Assembly: GCA_973895155.1 (NCBI GenBank) | Contig: OZ316897.1 | Location: 11,183,832-11,247,831, forward strand | Direction of reading: 5' to 3' | DNA from: Marsupella aquatica | Taxonomy: Eukaryota; Plantae; Marchantiophyta | DNA: 64,000 nucleotides | Shown: positions 1-11,442 of the stretch, piece after piece | Numbering within the stretch: position 1 is the stretch's first letter | Layout of the letters: each line of letters starts with the position of its first letter | The notes under the pieces: model-generated | What the model saw: the letters and a program-made list of their open reading frames with translations, nothing else | Databases searched by the model: none | Told to the model about the DNA's origin: nothing | Made by a program: the position numbers and the translations under genes

Positions 1-266
1 TTTTGCAAGTTATTTATACCAAAGATCACAGCAGAGCAAGGGAGGCAAGAAAATACATCTCTATACGGAGGTAGGCATGCACCTAGCCGTAGGACTCGCG
101 AGAGTTACCCGTCTGCTATATATAACATTTCATTGTAGACATTTCGTTGTGTTATATGGTCCTTAAGAAATAAGAACAAACTCGTTGCACCTCGTGGAAT
201 GTCCTGGATTTTATCCTGGTATTAGTCAGGCTTTCCAAATCTGATCGTGGGTTGTGGTGCTGACAG

Positions 267-2861
267 AGGAAGCCCAGAGCACTTGAGTTCAATCATAAGA
301 TCACAAGGAAAGCACTTTGGGTGGATGTATGGTCAACTCCAGCATGGGTGAAGGCAAGGGCGAATTTAATCACTAAATGCAGATTGCAATCTCGTGTTAG
401 TTATGGCACGAGAGATTGGTCTGAAGTCACTGCACAAGGGAATGGCAGTCGGCACATGCATGATGCTGGTTCCACAAGTGAAACAATGGCTGTTTTGAAG
501 GATCTTCTACAACGAGGCATTACTATAGACTCGTACACATATATTGAAGTTCTGCAAATGTGCTCGAAACACAAAAACCTTTTAGCGGCCACGCAGGTGC
601 ATGACCACATCATCCAGAGTCAAATGGATAAGAATCTATATGTGGCGGTAACCCTTCTGAATGTATATATCAAATGTGGGGCATTGTTGGATGCACGTCG
701 AGTTTTTGATCAAATTGAGGAGAAGAGTGTTATTACTTGGACCAACATGATCGTAGGATATGCCAGGAGTGGTCATTCTGAATCTGCACTAGAACTTTTC
801 AATCAAATGCGCCAAGAAGGTGTGCAGCCTAATGAGATCACATATCTGAGCATCCTCAAGGCATGTGCCAACCCATTAGCTCTAAAATTGGGAAAGGAAG
901 CTCACTTGTATATTCGACATGCTGGCTTTGAGTCAGATGTGCGTGTGGGTTCTGCCCTCCTACAGATGTATGCAAGATGTGGGTGCATCACCGAGGCAAG
1001 GAAAGTTTTTGAACAATTGACCAATCGAAATGTCATTACTTGGACTGTTATGATTCGAGCATATGCAGAACGTGGTCATAGTGTGGAAGCATATCGACTG
1101 TTTCTCCAGATGAGACGGGAAGGCTTCGAACCAGATGCAATCACTTATAGGAGCATCCTGAATGCATCTGGAAGTGCAGGGGCTTTGGACTGGGTGAGGG
1201 AGGTTCACGGCCATGCTAGCAAGGGACTGGACTCAGATTTGCGTGTGGGCAATGCACTGGTTCACATGTATGCAAAAAGTGGCAGTATAGATGATGCCAG
1301 ACTGGCTTTTGACAAAATGCAGGAACGCGACGTAGTCACATGGAATGTGATGATCGGTGGACTTGCACAACATGGATGTGGGCATGAAGCATATCAACTG
1401 TTTCTCCAAATGAGACGTGAGGGCTTCCAACCAGATGCATTCACTTACTCTAGTATTCTCAATGCATTTGCCAGTGAGGGGGCTTTGGAATGGGTGAAGG
1501 AAGTTCATGGCCACGCTAGCAAGGCGGGACTGGAGACAGATTTGCGTGTAGGCAATGCACTGGTTCACATGTATGCGCAGAATGGCATCATAGACGACGC
1601 CCGACTGGTTTTTGACAGAATGAACAGACGCGATGTAGTCACATGGAATGTAATGATCGGTGGACTTGCACAACAGGGATGTGGGAATGAAGCATATCAA
1701 CTGTTTCTCCAGATGCGACGGGAAGGCTTCGAACCAGATGCAATCACGTACATGAGCATCCTGGATGCATCTGCAAGTGCGGGGGCTTTGGAGTGGGTGA
1801 AGGAGGTTCACGGCCATGCTAGAAAAGTAGGACTGGAATCAGATTTGCGTGTGGGCAGTGCACTAGTTCACATGTATGCAGAGAGTGGCTGTATAGACGA
1901 CGCCCGTCTTGTTTTTGACAGAATGGAGAAACGCGATGTAGTTACATGGAATGTAATGATCGGTGGACTTGCACAACATGGATGTGGGAATGAAGCCCTG
2001 GAACTATTCAGGAAAATGATCGCAGACGGTGTGAAGCCAAGCAGTCATTCATTCAAGGCAGTGTTGTCAGCCTGTTGTCACGGGGGCCTTGTTGATGATG
2101 GCCGCAGACTCTTTTCAGCTATGACGCAAGATTTTGGTATCGAGCCTCACATTGTGCATTATACCTGCATGGTGGATCTTCTTGGGCGGGCTGGGTTATT
2201 GGAGGAAGCAAAGCGCTTCATTAGTGATATGGCAGTTGAACCTGATGCAATAACTTGGACAGCCTTGCTTGGCGCTTGTAGAACTTACGGTAATGTGGAG
2301 TTGGGCGAACTTGCCGCTAACGAGATTTTCAAGTTGGAACCCAGTAAGGCCTCTCCGTATGTGCTTCTCTCCAACATATATGCTGCAGCTCGCAAATGGG
2401 AGAAAGTTTCATTGGTGCGCACTATGATGCAAAAGAGAGGTGTGCGGAAGGAGCCAGGGCGTAGCTGGATTGAAGTTGATAAGAAGATTCATAAATTTGT
2501 TTCAGGGGATACATCTCACCCAGAAGCGAAGACGATATATACTGAGCTCAACAAGTTGAATGAAATACTTAAGGCTGAAGGCTACATTCCGGATACCCGG
2601 CTTGTATTGCATGATGTCAATGAAAAGGATAAAGAACTAGCTCTTTGCTCTCATAGTGAGAAGTTGGCCATTGCTTACGCACTAATTCACATACCTCGGG
2701 AAGAACCAATTCGTGTATATAAAAACCTTCGGGTGTGTGCAGATTGCCACACAGCGACCAAGTTTATCTCTCAGGTGACTGGACGCGAGATTATAGCGAG
2801 GGATGCAAGTCGCTTTCACCATTTTAAAGATGGCATGTGTTCTTGTGGAGATTACTGGTGA
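267..2861 (+). CDS. PLS-class pentatricopeptide repeat protein with E1/E2 and DYW cytidine-deaminase domain (organellar C-to-U RNA editing factor)
   Basis: The 846-aa ORF is made of alternating P/L/S PPR motifs. It has a PG box (PGRSWIEV), the HSEKLA and CADCH zinc-binding motifs, and the terminus RFHHFKDGMCSCGDYW. The frame stays open back to an acceptor-like tgacag at 266. A donor (gag|gtaggc) at 70/71 follows an open in-phase stretch at 2-70, so the true start is probably upstream of the window. Confidence 0.96.
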   Translation, partial: RKPRALEFNHKITRKALWVDVWSTPAWVKARANLITKCRLQSRVSYGTRDWSEVTAQGNGSRHMHDAGSTSETMAVLKDLLQRGITIDSYTYIEVLQMCSKHKNLLAATQVHDHIIQSQMDKNLYVAVTLLNVYIKCGALLDARRVFDQIEEKSVITWTNMIVGYARSGHSESALELFNQMRQEGVQPNEITYLSILKACANPLALKLGKEAHLYIRHAGFESDVRVGSALLQMYARCGCITEARKVFEQLTNRNVITWTVMIRAYAERGHSVEAYRLFLQMRREGFEPDAITYRSILNASGSAGALDWVREVHGHASKGLDSDLRVGNALVHMYAKSGSIDDARLAFDKMQERDVVTWNVMIGGLAQHGCGHEAYQLFLQMRREGFQPDAFTYSSILNAFASEGALEWVKEVHGHASKAGLETDLRVGNALVHMYAQNGIIDDARLVFDRMNRRDVVTWNVMIGGLAQQGCGNEAYQLFLQMRREGFEPDAITYMSILDASASAGALEWVKEVHGHARKVGLESDLRVGSALVHMYAESGCIDDARLVFDRMEKRDVVTWNVMIGGLAQHGCGNEALELFRKMIADGVKPSSHSFKAVLSACCHGGLVDDGRRLFSAMTQDFGIEPHIVHYTCMVDLLGRAGLLEEAKRFISDMAVEPDAITWTALLGACRTYGNVELGELAANEIFKLEPSKASPYVLLSNIYAAARKWEKVSLVRTMMQKRGVRKEPGRSWIEVDKKIHKFVSGDTSHPEAKTIYTELNKLNEILKAEGYIPDTRLVLHDVNEKDKELALCSHSEKLAIAYALIHIPREEPIRVYKNLRVCADCHTATKFISQVTGREIIARDASRFHHFKDGMCSCGDYW

Positions 2862-3175
2862 CCAGATTGAAAGTTGTGTCCAAAAGTGACTCGAAAGCAG
2901 AAATCACTCATCCCCATTTATTTTTCTGTCCCAATATGCCAATTTATCTTTGTGTTCCAATCTGCCCAAGAGTTGACTGATGTCTGATGCTTCAATATAC
3001 AGATTGGCCAAACGGAATTTATCCCTCTAACGCGAATTCACACTATATAGAAGCCCAATAAGAACAATTTGAAGCACATGTATTCAATTTTGAAAAGATT
3101 CTGAAGTGCAGATTGGAAAGGGGGTACATGAGAAGTGGCTAGTGTCTAATTCTACCCTGCCATCCATTTCCTAAG

Positions 3176-3419
3176 AATGTCGAGAGTGACAGTAGCATTT
3201 GTGGAGAGCTTCCTGTGTGCTGTTTTCTGGCCAGTGTTCCTAATCTGAACGCGTTGTAAGAACGGAGTTTCTTCCTAGAACTGTGATAATTATTTCCCAA
3301 AAATGTCGAGAGTGGCAGTAGTATTTATGAAGAGCTTCCCGTGTGTCTGTTCGTTCTGGCCAGTGGTCCTAACTTGACGGTATCGTAACAACTGAATTCT
3401 TCCTAGAACTGTGATGATT
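3176..3419. repeat. Diverged tandem duplication (~126 bp x2) downstream of the PPR gene
   Basis: aatgtcgagagtgRcagtag...ttcctagaactgtgat occurs at ~3176 and ~3302. Confidence 0.85.
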
Positions 3420-3888
3420 GGAAACTTCTAGATTATAGCTTAGTTCATATTCATGATCCTATTTGGAAACTGAAGCTGGAACGGAATGGATCGAGATATT
3501 GTCTGTTAAGGCCGCGATGGACTGGCAAAGCTTGGATGGACTTGCTCAGAATGTTGAACTCGACTTGGATATGTTTACACTTGACTGAAATGGGACCTGT
3601 AAAGAGTTTCCTTAACTTAACCTCAGCACCCTAGCCCACCCTTGTACAGGGGGATGGTGGACTGGGACAGCCAACTACAGTAGCTGAGGGCAGAGCGGGT
3701 TGGGGAGGGAACAAAGTAAGACACCCAACCCAATGTTGAGGGTTGGAAAGTGTGTTATGATTAGGCTAAAAATGACATGGATGATCATACTATGGGGGTG
3801 AAACCTGGCTGGATGTTGACGGTCAGATCAAGTTACCCGGAGTTACTTTGCTGAATCAACAGCAGATAAAGATGGCAAAGTAATAATA

Positions 3889-4145
3889 AAAGTAGGCAAA
3901 GTAGTAATTAGCCTAAAATGTCTGGGAAAGTATATATTTGAGCAAAAAAGAGTGACAATGTAGAAAATCTCAGTTTTCAACTTGGCAAGGGCGTTGAGTG
4001 AAAAAGTGACTCAGTCTAAAGTAGGCAAAGTAGTAATTAGCCAAAATGTCTGGGAAAGTATATATTTGAGCAAAAATGAGTGACAATGTAGAAAATATCA
4101 GTTTTCAACTTGGCAAGGGCGTTGAGTGAAAAAGTGACTCAGTCA
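3889..4145. repeat. Near-perfect tandem duplication (~128 bp x2)
   Basis: aaagtaggcaaagtagtaattagcc...aaaagtgactcagtc is repeated head-to-tail with only a few differences. Confidence 0.92.
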
Positions 4146-5232
4146 GGTCAGCTAAGTGGAACTTATCCAACTTGGGGATCTTGAGAGAAAGAGCTGACCG
4201 CCTAAATGATGTTTGAGTTTGGTGTGCCTCAGTCTGAGCTTTGCTAATGTGGGTGATGCGTGTGAGAGAATCTCCTGGACTTTAGACGCGAAGCCGGCGA
4301 AAGAGAAGGACCAATTTAACCAACTTTCCTAAACTGTCGTGCAACCAACTTTCCTCGTCAGTTATCAATCGCCTGTATCAGGCATTAGCCAATCCCATCC
4401 ATAGTTTGCATAAAGTAAAGTTTATACTTTGTTTATATCGTGTGGATATTGAAAAACATGTCCTCATATTTGTATTTAATCATCTGCTGACTCTTGACTT
4501 ATTTTCTTCAACTCATTTCCAGAGTCACTGTAAATCTGCACACCTGATAATATAAACGCACTTACAATATGGACACAACAACCACATGGCAACAACAACA
4601 CATAGATATCATAACAATTTCTTTGACTCATTTCCTTGCCTCACCTACATTTATTTGTCTTGCCTCCACATCTTGTATGCAATGTACTGATATGGGACTT
4701 TATAACTATTGCCACTAAAGATGCTCTAATACACAAATATTGTCATTGTTTTCATAGATCAACCATCTTGGGTAGGTTGTTTAACTTGTCATCCATATAC
4801 TATACTAAAGCTTGGCATATTCATAAAAAAAAAAATTGTCATCATATCCAAAACCATGGCATATTATATATACAAAAATTAATGTGACGCACTTTTATCG
4901 ATTGGAACATCTGCAATGGCTTAGCCAAGTGTGTATTTCCCTGGCGAGTCACAGTTGACCTCAGTTTTAGTAAATGTTCAGTAAATGGAGTGACCGAGTT
5001 GCGTGATGTCGAAGGAGTGCGGCAGGAGGAGGGAGTGAATTGAAGAAACTGGTGCAGTGGTGCTGCTGCGAAAGCTTAATTAGCCAAAGGAATTTGGCAT
5101 TTTGTGTTGCATGAGCTGAAGATCAGTACGCCAGCTGCCTTCCCTTCCTCTCTGCAGTCTTGGTGTTGAAGCTTGCTGGCGGATTACATTTTGGTGGACG
5201 GAATTCTTGCTTCTTCTGTGCATATCGAAAGA

Positions 5233-5681
5233 AATATCTTCGGAGCAGAGTGGAATCGAGAACCGGTATTGAGCAATTCCATCGTGCGCCGTTATGGTGT
5301 CGACTTGACGGAGCGTTGATTTTGGAGATTGCGAAATTGAGTGACGAGTTCTTTCAGGGCATCCTAGTGTTGAATATCTCCGCAGCAGAGTGGAATCGAG
5401 AACCGGTATTGAGCAATTTTATCGTGCGTCTTAATGGTGTCGACTTGACGGAGCGTTGATTTGGAGATTGAGTGATGAGTTCTTTCGGGGCATCGCAGTT
5501 TTGTTCGTGGCTTCTTACCTAGCGGGATTGGAGAAATTAGGTCAACACAGGAGCTGGGCGGATAATTCGGTTTGGAGTTTCATTGGAGAATTCTTTCGTG
5601 GCGTCCCAATTTTGTTCGTGGGTTCATATTGAGCGACGTTGAGGAAATTAGGTCAGTAGAGGAGCTGGACGGACAATTCGT
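5233..5681. repeat. Duplicated segments in the 5' leader/promoter of PRP6/STA1
   Basis: A ~140-bp unit (gcagagtggaatcgagaaccggtattgagcaatt...gtcgacttgacggagcgttgat) occurs at ~5233 and ~5373. A second diverged pair lies at ~5499 and ~5610. Confidence 0.8.
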
Positions 5682-5841
5682 CGCCGAGGACGGTGAGACC
5701 AGCATCGATTGAGGTACGAGGTGGGGAACGAATTCTGAAACATCGGTGCGACTTGAACTCTTCTGAGCTCGCAGCTGGGGTCGGGATTGAGGACTAGGGT
5801 AATTTTGGTTTCGTTCCAAGGCAGCAGGAGGAGCACCGAAA

Positions 5842-8667
5842 ATGCAGGCCCCCGTGCTTCCGAAGCCACGGCTGGATTTTTTCAACACCAGACCGCCCGC
5901 CAATTATGTGGCCGGATTGGGAAGAGGAGCAACAGGATTTACCACTCGTTCTGATATCGGTCCTGCCCGAGCGGCACCCGACCTGCCTGATCGAGCAGCA
6001 ACCACCATCGGAGGGGCTGGACCACCGCCCACAGGTGTTGGAAGAGGCAAAGGCAGAGACGAAGAAGAGGAGGAAGAGGAGGCAGAGGAGAAGGGATACG
6101 ATGAAAATCAGAAGTTTGATGAATTCGAGGGAAACGACGTGGGTTTGTTCGCAACAGGAGAGTACGATGAAGACGATAAGGAGGCCGATGCTGTTTGGGA
6201 GAGTATTGACAAGCGTATGGATCTTCGACGAAAAGATCGTAGAGAAGCTCGTCTGAAGAAGGAGATTGAAAAATACCGAGCTTCAAACCCCAAAATCACT
6301 GAGCAATTCGCTGACTTGAAGAGAAAACTCGTAACCTTGTCCACCCAAGAGTGGGAAAGCATTCCCGAGATTGGTGACTACTCTTTGCGGAATAAGAAGA
6401 AACGCTTTGAGAGTTTCATCCCAGTGCCTGATACCTTGCTTGAAAGGGCCAAACAGGAAAAGGAGCATGTCACTGCTTTAGATCCTAGAAGTAGAGCTGC
6501 AAATGGAGCTGAGACTCCTTATGGTCAGACTCCGGTGACAGATCTCACGGCAGTGGGTGAGGGAAGGGGAACTGTGCTATCGTTGAAACTCGACCGCTTA
6601 TCTGATTCTGTGAGTGGATTAACAGTTGTCGATCCGAAAGGTTACCTCACCGATTTGAAGAGCATGAAAATTACTAGTGATGCTGAGATTTCTGACATTA
6701 AGAAAGCTCGTCTGCTGTTGAAATCGGTCATTCAAACTAATCCCAAACATGCGCCTGGTTGGATTGCTGCTGCGAGACTGGAAGAGGTTGCCGGTAAGAT
6801 TGGAGCAGCAAGGGATTTCATCCAGAAGGGATGTGAGGAGTGTCCTAAAAATGAGGATGTGTGGTTGGAAGCCTGTAGATTGGCTACACCTGACAATGCC
6901 AAGGGTGTTCTGGCAAGAGGTGTCAAAGCTATTCCAAATTCTGTGAAGCTTTGGATGCAGGCTGCCAGATTAGAGCATGATGACATTGCGAAAAGTAGGG
7001 TTTTACGAAAAGCTTTGGAGCACATTCCAGATTCGGTTAGGCTGTGGAAAGCTGTAGTAGAACTTGCAAACGAGGATGATGCCAGAGTGCTTTTATCTCG
7101 AGCAGTGGAATGTTGTCCGCTTCATACCGAGTTGTGGCTGGCGCTGGCTCGTCTGGAGACTTATGAAAACGCCAAGCGAGTCCTGAACAAAGCTCGAGAG
7201 ACGATCCCAACTGAACCCACTATCTGGATCACTGCTGCCAAGTTGGAAGAGGCAAACGGGAATGCATCCATGGTGGTGAAGATCGTGGACAGGGCTATTC
7301 GATCTCTGCAGGCTCAGGGAGTTGTAATTGATAGGGAGGCTTGGATGAAGGAGGCCGAGGCGGCAGAGAGAGCAGGGTCTGTAGCTACATGTCGGGCAAT
7401 CATCCGTTCGACTGTAGGAATTGGAGTAGAGGAGGAGGACAGGAAGAGGACGTGGGTTGCAGATGCGGATGAAACCAAAAAGAGAGGATCAATTGAGACA
7501 GCCAGAGCGATTTATGCTCACGCCTTGAGTGTTTTCCCGGGCAAGAAGAGTGTGTGGTTAAAAGCTGCCCAGCTGGAAAAAAGCCATGGAACGAGGGAGT
7601 CCCTGGATTTGCTGCTGAAAAAGGCTGTTGGCTATTGCCCTCAGGCCGAAGTGTTGTGGTTGATGGGTGCCAAGGAAAAATGGCTTGCGGGAGATGTTCC
7701 CTCTGCTCGGGTGATTCTGAAGGAGGCTAATGTTGCCATTCCCAACTCTGAGGAGATTTGGCTGGCTGCCTTTAAGTTGGAGTTTGAGAACCATGAGCCT
7801 GAGAGAGCAAGGATGCTTCTTGGCAAGGCAAGAGAGAGGGGTGGCACAGAACGAGTGTGGATGAAGTCTGCCATCGTGGAGCGAGAGTTGGGTAACACAC
7901 AAGAGGAGAAGGGACTATTAGTGGAGGGATTGCAACGATTCCCAGGCTTCCACAAGCTGTGGTTAATGCTTGGGCAATTGGAGGACAGAAATGGCCGTTC
8001 AGAGAAAGCAAGGGACGTGTATGACAGGGCCCTCAAACACTGTCCAAATAGTACTCCTCTATGGCTGTGTGCAGCCAGTTTAGAGGAGACGCTCGGTGGC
8101 TTGAGCAAAGCAAGAGCGGTCCTCACCAAGGCGAGACTGAAAAATCCGCAAAACCCTGAACTGTGGCTTGCGGCTATTAGAGCAGAAGCCCGAGCAGGGA
8201 ACAAGAAGGAGTCAGAAGTGCTCATGGCCAAGGCTCTCCAAGAATGTCCATCTAGTGGTCTCCTTTGGGCTGAGTCCATTGAAATGGCGCCTAGACAGCA
8301 GAGGAAAACGAAAAGTGTTGATGCTTTGAAGAAATGTGATCATGATCCCTTCGTAATTGCAACAGTTGCAAAGCTCTTCTGGCACGATCGCAAGGTAGAC
8401 AAAGCACGGAACTGGCTCAATCGAGCTGTTACATTGGCACCAGATGTCGGGGACTTTTGGGCACAGTTGTACAAATTTGAGCTGCAACATGGGGCAGAAG
8501 AACAGCAGCATGAGATTTTGCAACGATGTGCAGCTGCAGAGCCAAGGCACGGGGAACGCTGGACCAGGGTTTCAAAAGCTGTTGAAAACGCACACCAACC
8601 GGTGGAGGCTCTGCTAAAGAAGGTTGTGATAGCACTTGGGAAAGAAGAAGGTGTTGTAGGTGGGTAA
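5842..8667 (+). CDS. PRP6: Pre-mRNA processing factor 6 / STABILIZED1 (U5 snRNP 102-kDa HAT-repeat protein), intronless CDS
   Basis: The 941-aa ORF has the PRP1_N motif ([23 protein letters not shown]), [25 protein letters not shown], many HAT/TPR repeats and a C-terminal EPRHGERW. Confidence 0.97.
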   Translation: MQAPVLPKPRLDFFNTRPPANYVAGLGRGATGFTTRSDIGPARAAPDLPDRAATTIGGAGPPPTGVGRGKGRDEEEEEEEAEEKGYDENQKFDEFEGNDVGLFATGEYDEDDKEADAVWESIDKRMDLRRKDRREARLKKEIEKYRASNPKITEQFADLKRKLVTLSTQEWESIPEIGDYSLRNKKKRFESFIPVPDTLLERAKQEKEHVTALDPRSRAANGAETPYGQTPVTDLTAVGEGRGTVLSLKLDRLSDSVSGLTVVDPKGYLTDLKSMKITSDAEISDIKKARLLLKSVIQTNPKHAPGWIAAARLEEVAGKIGAARDFIQKGCEECPKNEDVWLEACRLATPDNAKGVLARGVKAIPNSVKLWMQAARLEHDDIAKSRVLRKALEHIPDSVRLWKAVVELANEDDARVLLSRAVECCPLHTELWLALARLETYENAKRVLNKARETIPTEPTIWITAAKLEEANGNASMVVKIVDRAIRSLQAQGVVIDREAWMKEAEAAERAGSVATCRAIIRSTVGIGVEEEDRKRTWVADADETKKRGSIETARAIYAHALSVFPGKKSVWLKAAQLEKSHGTRESLDLLLKKAVGYCPQAEVLWLMGAKEKWLAGDVPSARVILKEANVAIPNSEEIWLAAFKLEFENHEPERARMLLGKARERGGTERVWMKSAIVERELGNTQEEKGLLVEGLQRFPGFHKLWLMLGQLEDRNGRSEKARDVYDRALKHCPNSTPLWLCAASLEETLGGLSKARAVLTKARLKNPQNPELWLAAIRAEARAGNKKESEVLMAKALQECPSSGLLWAESIEMAPRQQRKTKSVDALKKCDHDPFVIATVAKLFWHDRKVDKARNWLNRAVTLAPDVGDFWAQLYKFELQHGAEEQQHEILQRCAAAEPRHGERWTRVSKAVENAHQPVEALLKKVVIALGKEEGVVGG

Positions 8668-9841
8668 ATAGACAGATTCAGCTTCTCAATAAAGTCTTAA
8701 CATTTATACATCTTTGAATTCTTTTGGTAGGTGACATTCATATCTTAATCTGACCATCGTCAAAGTAGAATCTGCGGATTCACAAGGGCAGAGAATCCCT
8801 GTATGGTTCTGCAACTAAACCAGAACGTGTCATTTTGGGGGTGGACTCTGTTACTGGGTTTCTTGAATGTTCCCATCACAAATCGAATACCCTTTGCAAA
8901 ACAAGGGTCGTGCAAATCGTAGAGATCCATCGTGAAAGTTTTGGAACTGTATATTCTGGAGTTTATATTAGATTGAAACCTTTTTGGCCTTGTATATGAA
9001 TCTTGAATAGTAAGTTTTGGCAGGGAACGAATGGGGCCTTGTGTTTGAGAAAGGGCTTTTGAATTGAGTCCAGGTCTGGTTTGTCTCGTAAGATCAGAGA
9101 TAAAGATTGCGTATTGGAACCTCCAACAAATTGCTTTCAAACACAAGGTTCAATTTTCTAAAAACGAATCTCATCATCTTGTCAAGCATTGCGATTTTGA
9201 GAACTTCGGCTTCCAAGAATCACTAATAGATTTCATCATTGTAGAGAAAGGTGTGAGCTAGTAATTTAGTTCTAAATGATGGTATTCTAATGACTTCTTA
9301 TCGTGTTTAGGGGCAGATTGCAAAATGACAACTGCGAAATTGTTGCGAGAATTTTTCTTACACAAGTTTCCAAGGTTCCATGGATTATATTACCTGCACA
9401 TGGCTTCATCTCTACATGGCTTTTGGATCTTTTGATCTTCTAGCATTCTTTATTGAGTCTCGTTGGATGTCCCTTCAGGGCGATAGGCGCTTGAAACCAA
9501 AGAATTGTAGTATTCTCCTTGTAAAGCAAATGGTCCAATTGATGCTAAAAGCCGTGGCCGCTCGTCTCCCAAAACATTTTCAAGTACAGTCTACCTTGCA
9601 TTAGTGCACTTCATACAAGTGCATGTGGGTAAACTGCAGGCCGGCTTTCTAGCCGTCTAATATTAATGCACTTTCGTTTTTAAAATGCACTGTATAAGCG
9701 TGTACAAGTGCAGGTTGACCCTCACTAAAAAACAGATATATAAGTGTACACATTGCCTTTACCATTTACTCCAATGCATACATAAGAAGCATTAATTGAT
9801 AAGTGCACCAGACAATTTCATAAACTAGTGTCAAACACTTA

Positions 9842-9990
9842 GAGTTATTTGCTTGATCGACCCCCATAACGAAACTTGTTATTTGATCAACCCCCTGAGG
9901 TCTATCAAGGGTCCAGATCTGAGGTCAAAAGGTCCATCACCAGTCCAGATTGGGGAAAAGTATCGAGGGGGTTGATTAAATCACAACTTC
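9842..9990 (+). mobile_element. Short (~150 bp) MITE-like element, copy 1
   Basis: It has imperfect terminal inverted repeats (gagttatttgcttgatcgaccccc / gggggttgattaaatcacaacttc). A reverse-complement copy lies at 46262-46411. Confidence 0.6.
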
Positions 9991-10514
9991 CCCTATATAA
10001 GGGGAAGGGTCCAAGACTTCCTCCTTTTTCCACATTTCAATCATTGTTCTCCTCTAGCATGCCAGTTTACTTCACAATTTCAGGAAAAATCTCTTTTTAA
10101 TGGTAACTACGGGCCATCAGGTTTGAGACTCCCTACTCCAGACCATTAGCTTCACATTGTAGCTTTGGATAGTGAATTATTGCTTAGATTTATTTTAAAC
10201 CAGATAATGGCACCTTAAACCACCACCGACATATAAAAAGAGAAATCTTCAAGACTTCTTCCATTTTCACATTAATCTCCTCTAGGGTGAGACTTTACTC
10301 CACAATTCAGGAAAATTTATTAAAAATGGTGAAACCTACAGTAGTGGATCCAGGTTTAATCATAGACAGGGGTGCTTTTAAAGAAAAGAAGTGAATGGAA
10401 TGTGGAAGGAATGAGTAGTGGACACTTCCCCATCATATATGGGTGGTAAGTGGTTTAACGATAGTGACAAAATGTCATCTCATTCTTGTGTTCGTCTAGA
10501 ACCCCTAACCCACG

Positions 10515-10563
10515 ACCTAACCTAACCTAATCTGACTTGACCTGACCTGACCTGACCTGACCT
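10515..10563. repeat. Pentamer microsatellite (CCTAA)n grading into (CCTGA)n upstream of DRG
   Basis: Seen directly: acctaacctaacctaatctgacttgacctgacctgacctgacctgacctag. Confidence 0.85.
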
Positions 10564-11442
10564 AGTGCGTTGTGGCCTCTCGAATGAGCCCTCTCTTCCT
10601 AAACAGTGAGGTGAGAACCAGAACAGGGAATTTGATGGCAATGGAGACGCAGCTGATTTACTCCTCCTCGCCTTGGATTTGAGTTCTGCCTCCGTCCTGC
10701 CTCCGTCCTGCCCTTTGCTTTGTATTTGGGCCCGTGAATCTGAGTTCCGCCTCCAGTTGTGAACATTTTTTTTTTAGCGTGTTTGCCCCATCATCCACAA
10801 CACGCGGACGCTTAGTTTGAGTTCGTGCCGGGGGATCGAGCTGCTTTGTATTTTTGCTTTGCCGCTGTTCGGAGCTCCTGGACTTGGATCGAGTGAATTG
10901 AAGGGTTGGGGATTCATGATGTGAGATTGGCAATTCCTGTGGGACGGATTCAATTGATCTCTGTTGCGGGTAAGTTCGATCTTTTCCCATGGAATTGCTC
11001 CCGAATTTTGTACCCAGACTCGGATGTGGGGCAGCAATTTATAAGAAGGGCAGAACGAGCTGCCTGCTTAGGGAACGAATTGCTCGGTTTGAAGTGGAGT
11101 CCGGAAATTTCCTTTTCCATCCTCATATGAAATATCAAGGGTAGGAACGTATGCCAAGGATTAAGCCTTCCACCCCTGAGAGTATACGCGGTGGAAGAAA
11201 ATAATAAGTCTATCTGTGTATACTCTCAGGAGTAGTTAATGTTTTCTTGCTCCAACGAGGGACCCTTGCTCCGTGTTATTCTGACTCGATTGCCATCCTC
11301 GGCTGAATGCGCCTTTTTCGGTCGGATTTACATTAGGTTCAGTTTGGTGCCACGTTCTGTCTCATTCCTGTAAAGTTTCTTATATGACTGAATTGCAGTT
11401 TCTGTTTGCAGGTTGTGTTTGTTGTTTTGAAGATTATCCAAA

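Noticed and set aside
2440-2861. U-to-C (DYW:KP/GRP-type) editing domain
   Set aside because: The canonical PG box, HSEKLA and DYW terminus indicate the ordinary C-to-U type.
401-8635. Antisense and alternative-frame ORFs over the PPR and PRP6 genes (e.g. 1233-1817, 7641-8279)
   Set aside because: These are shadow ORFs of long coding sequences with no independent motifs.
10515-10563. Interstitial telomere
   Set aside because: Only about three CCTAA units grade into CCTGA, and this is not the plant TTTAGGG repeat.
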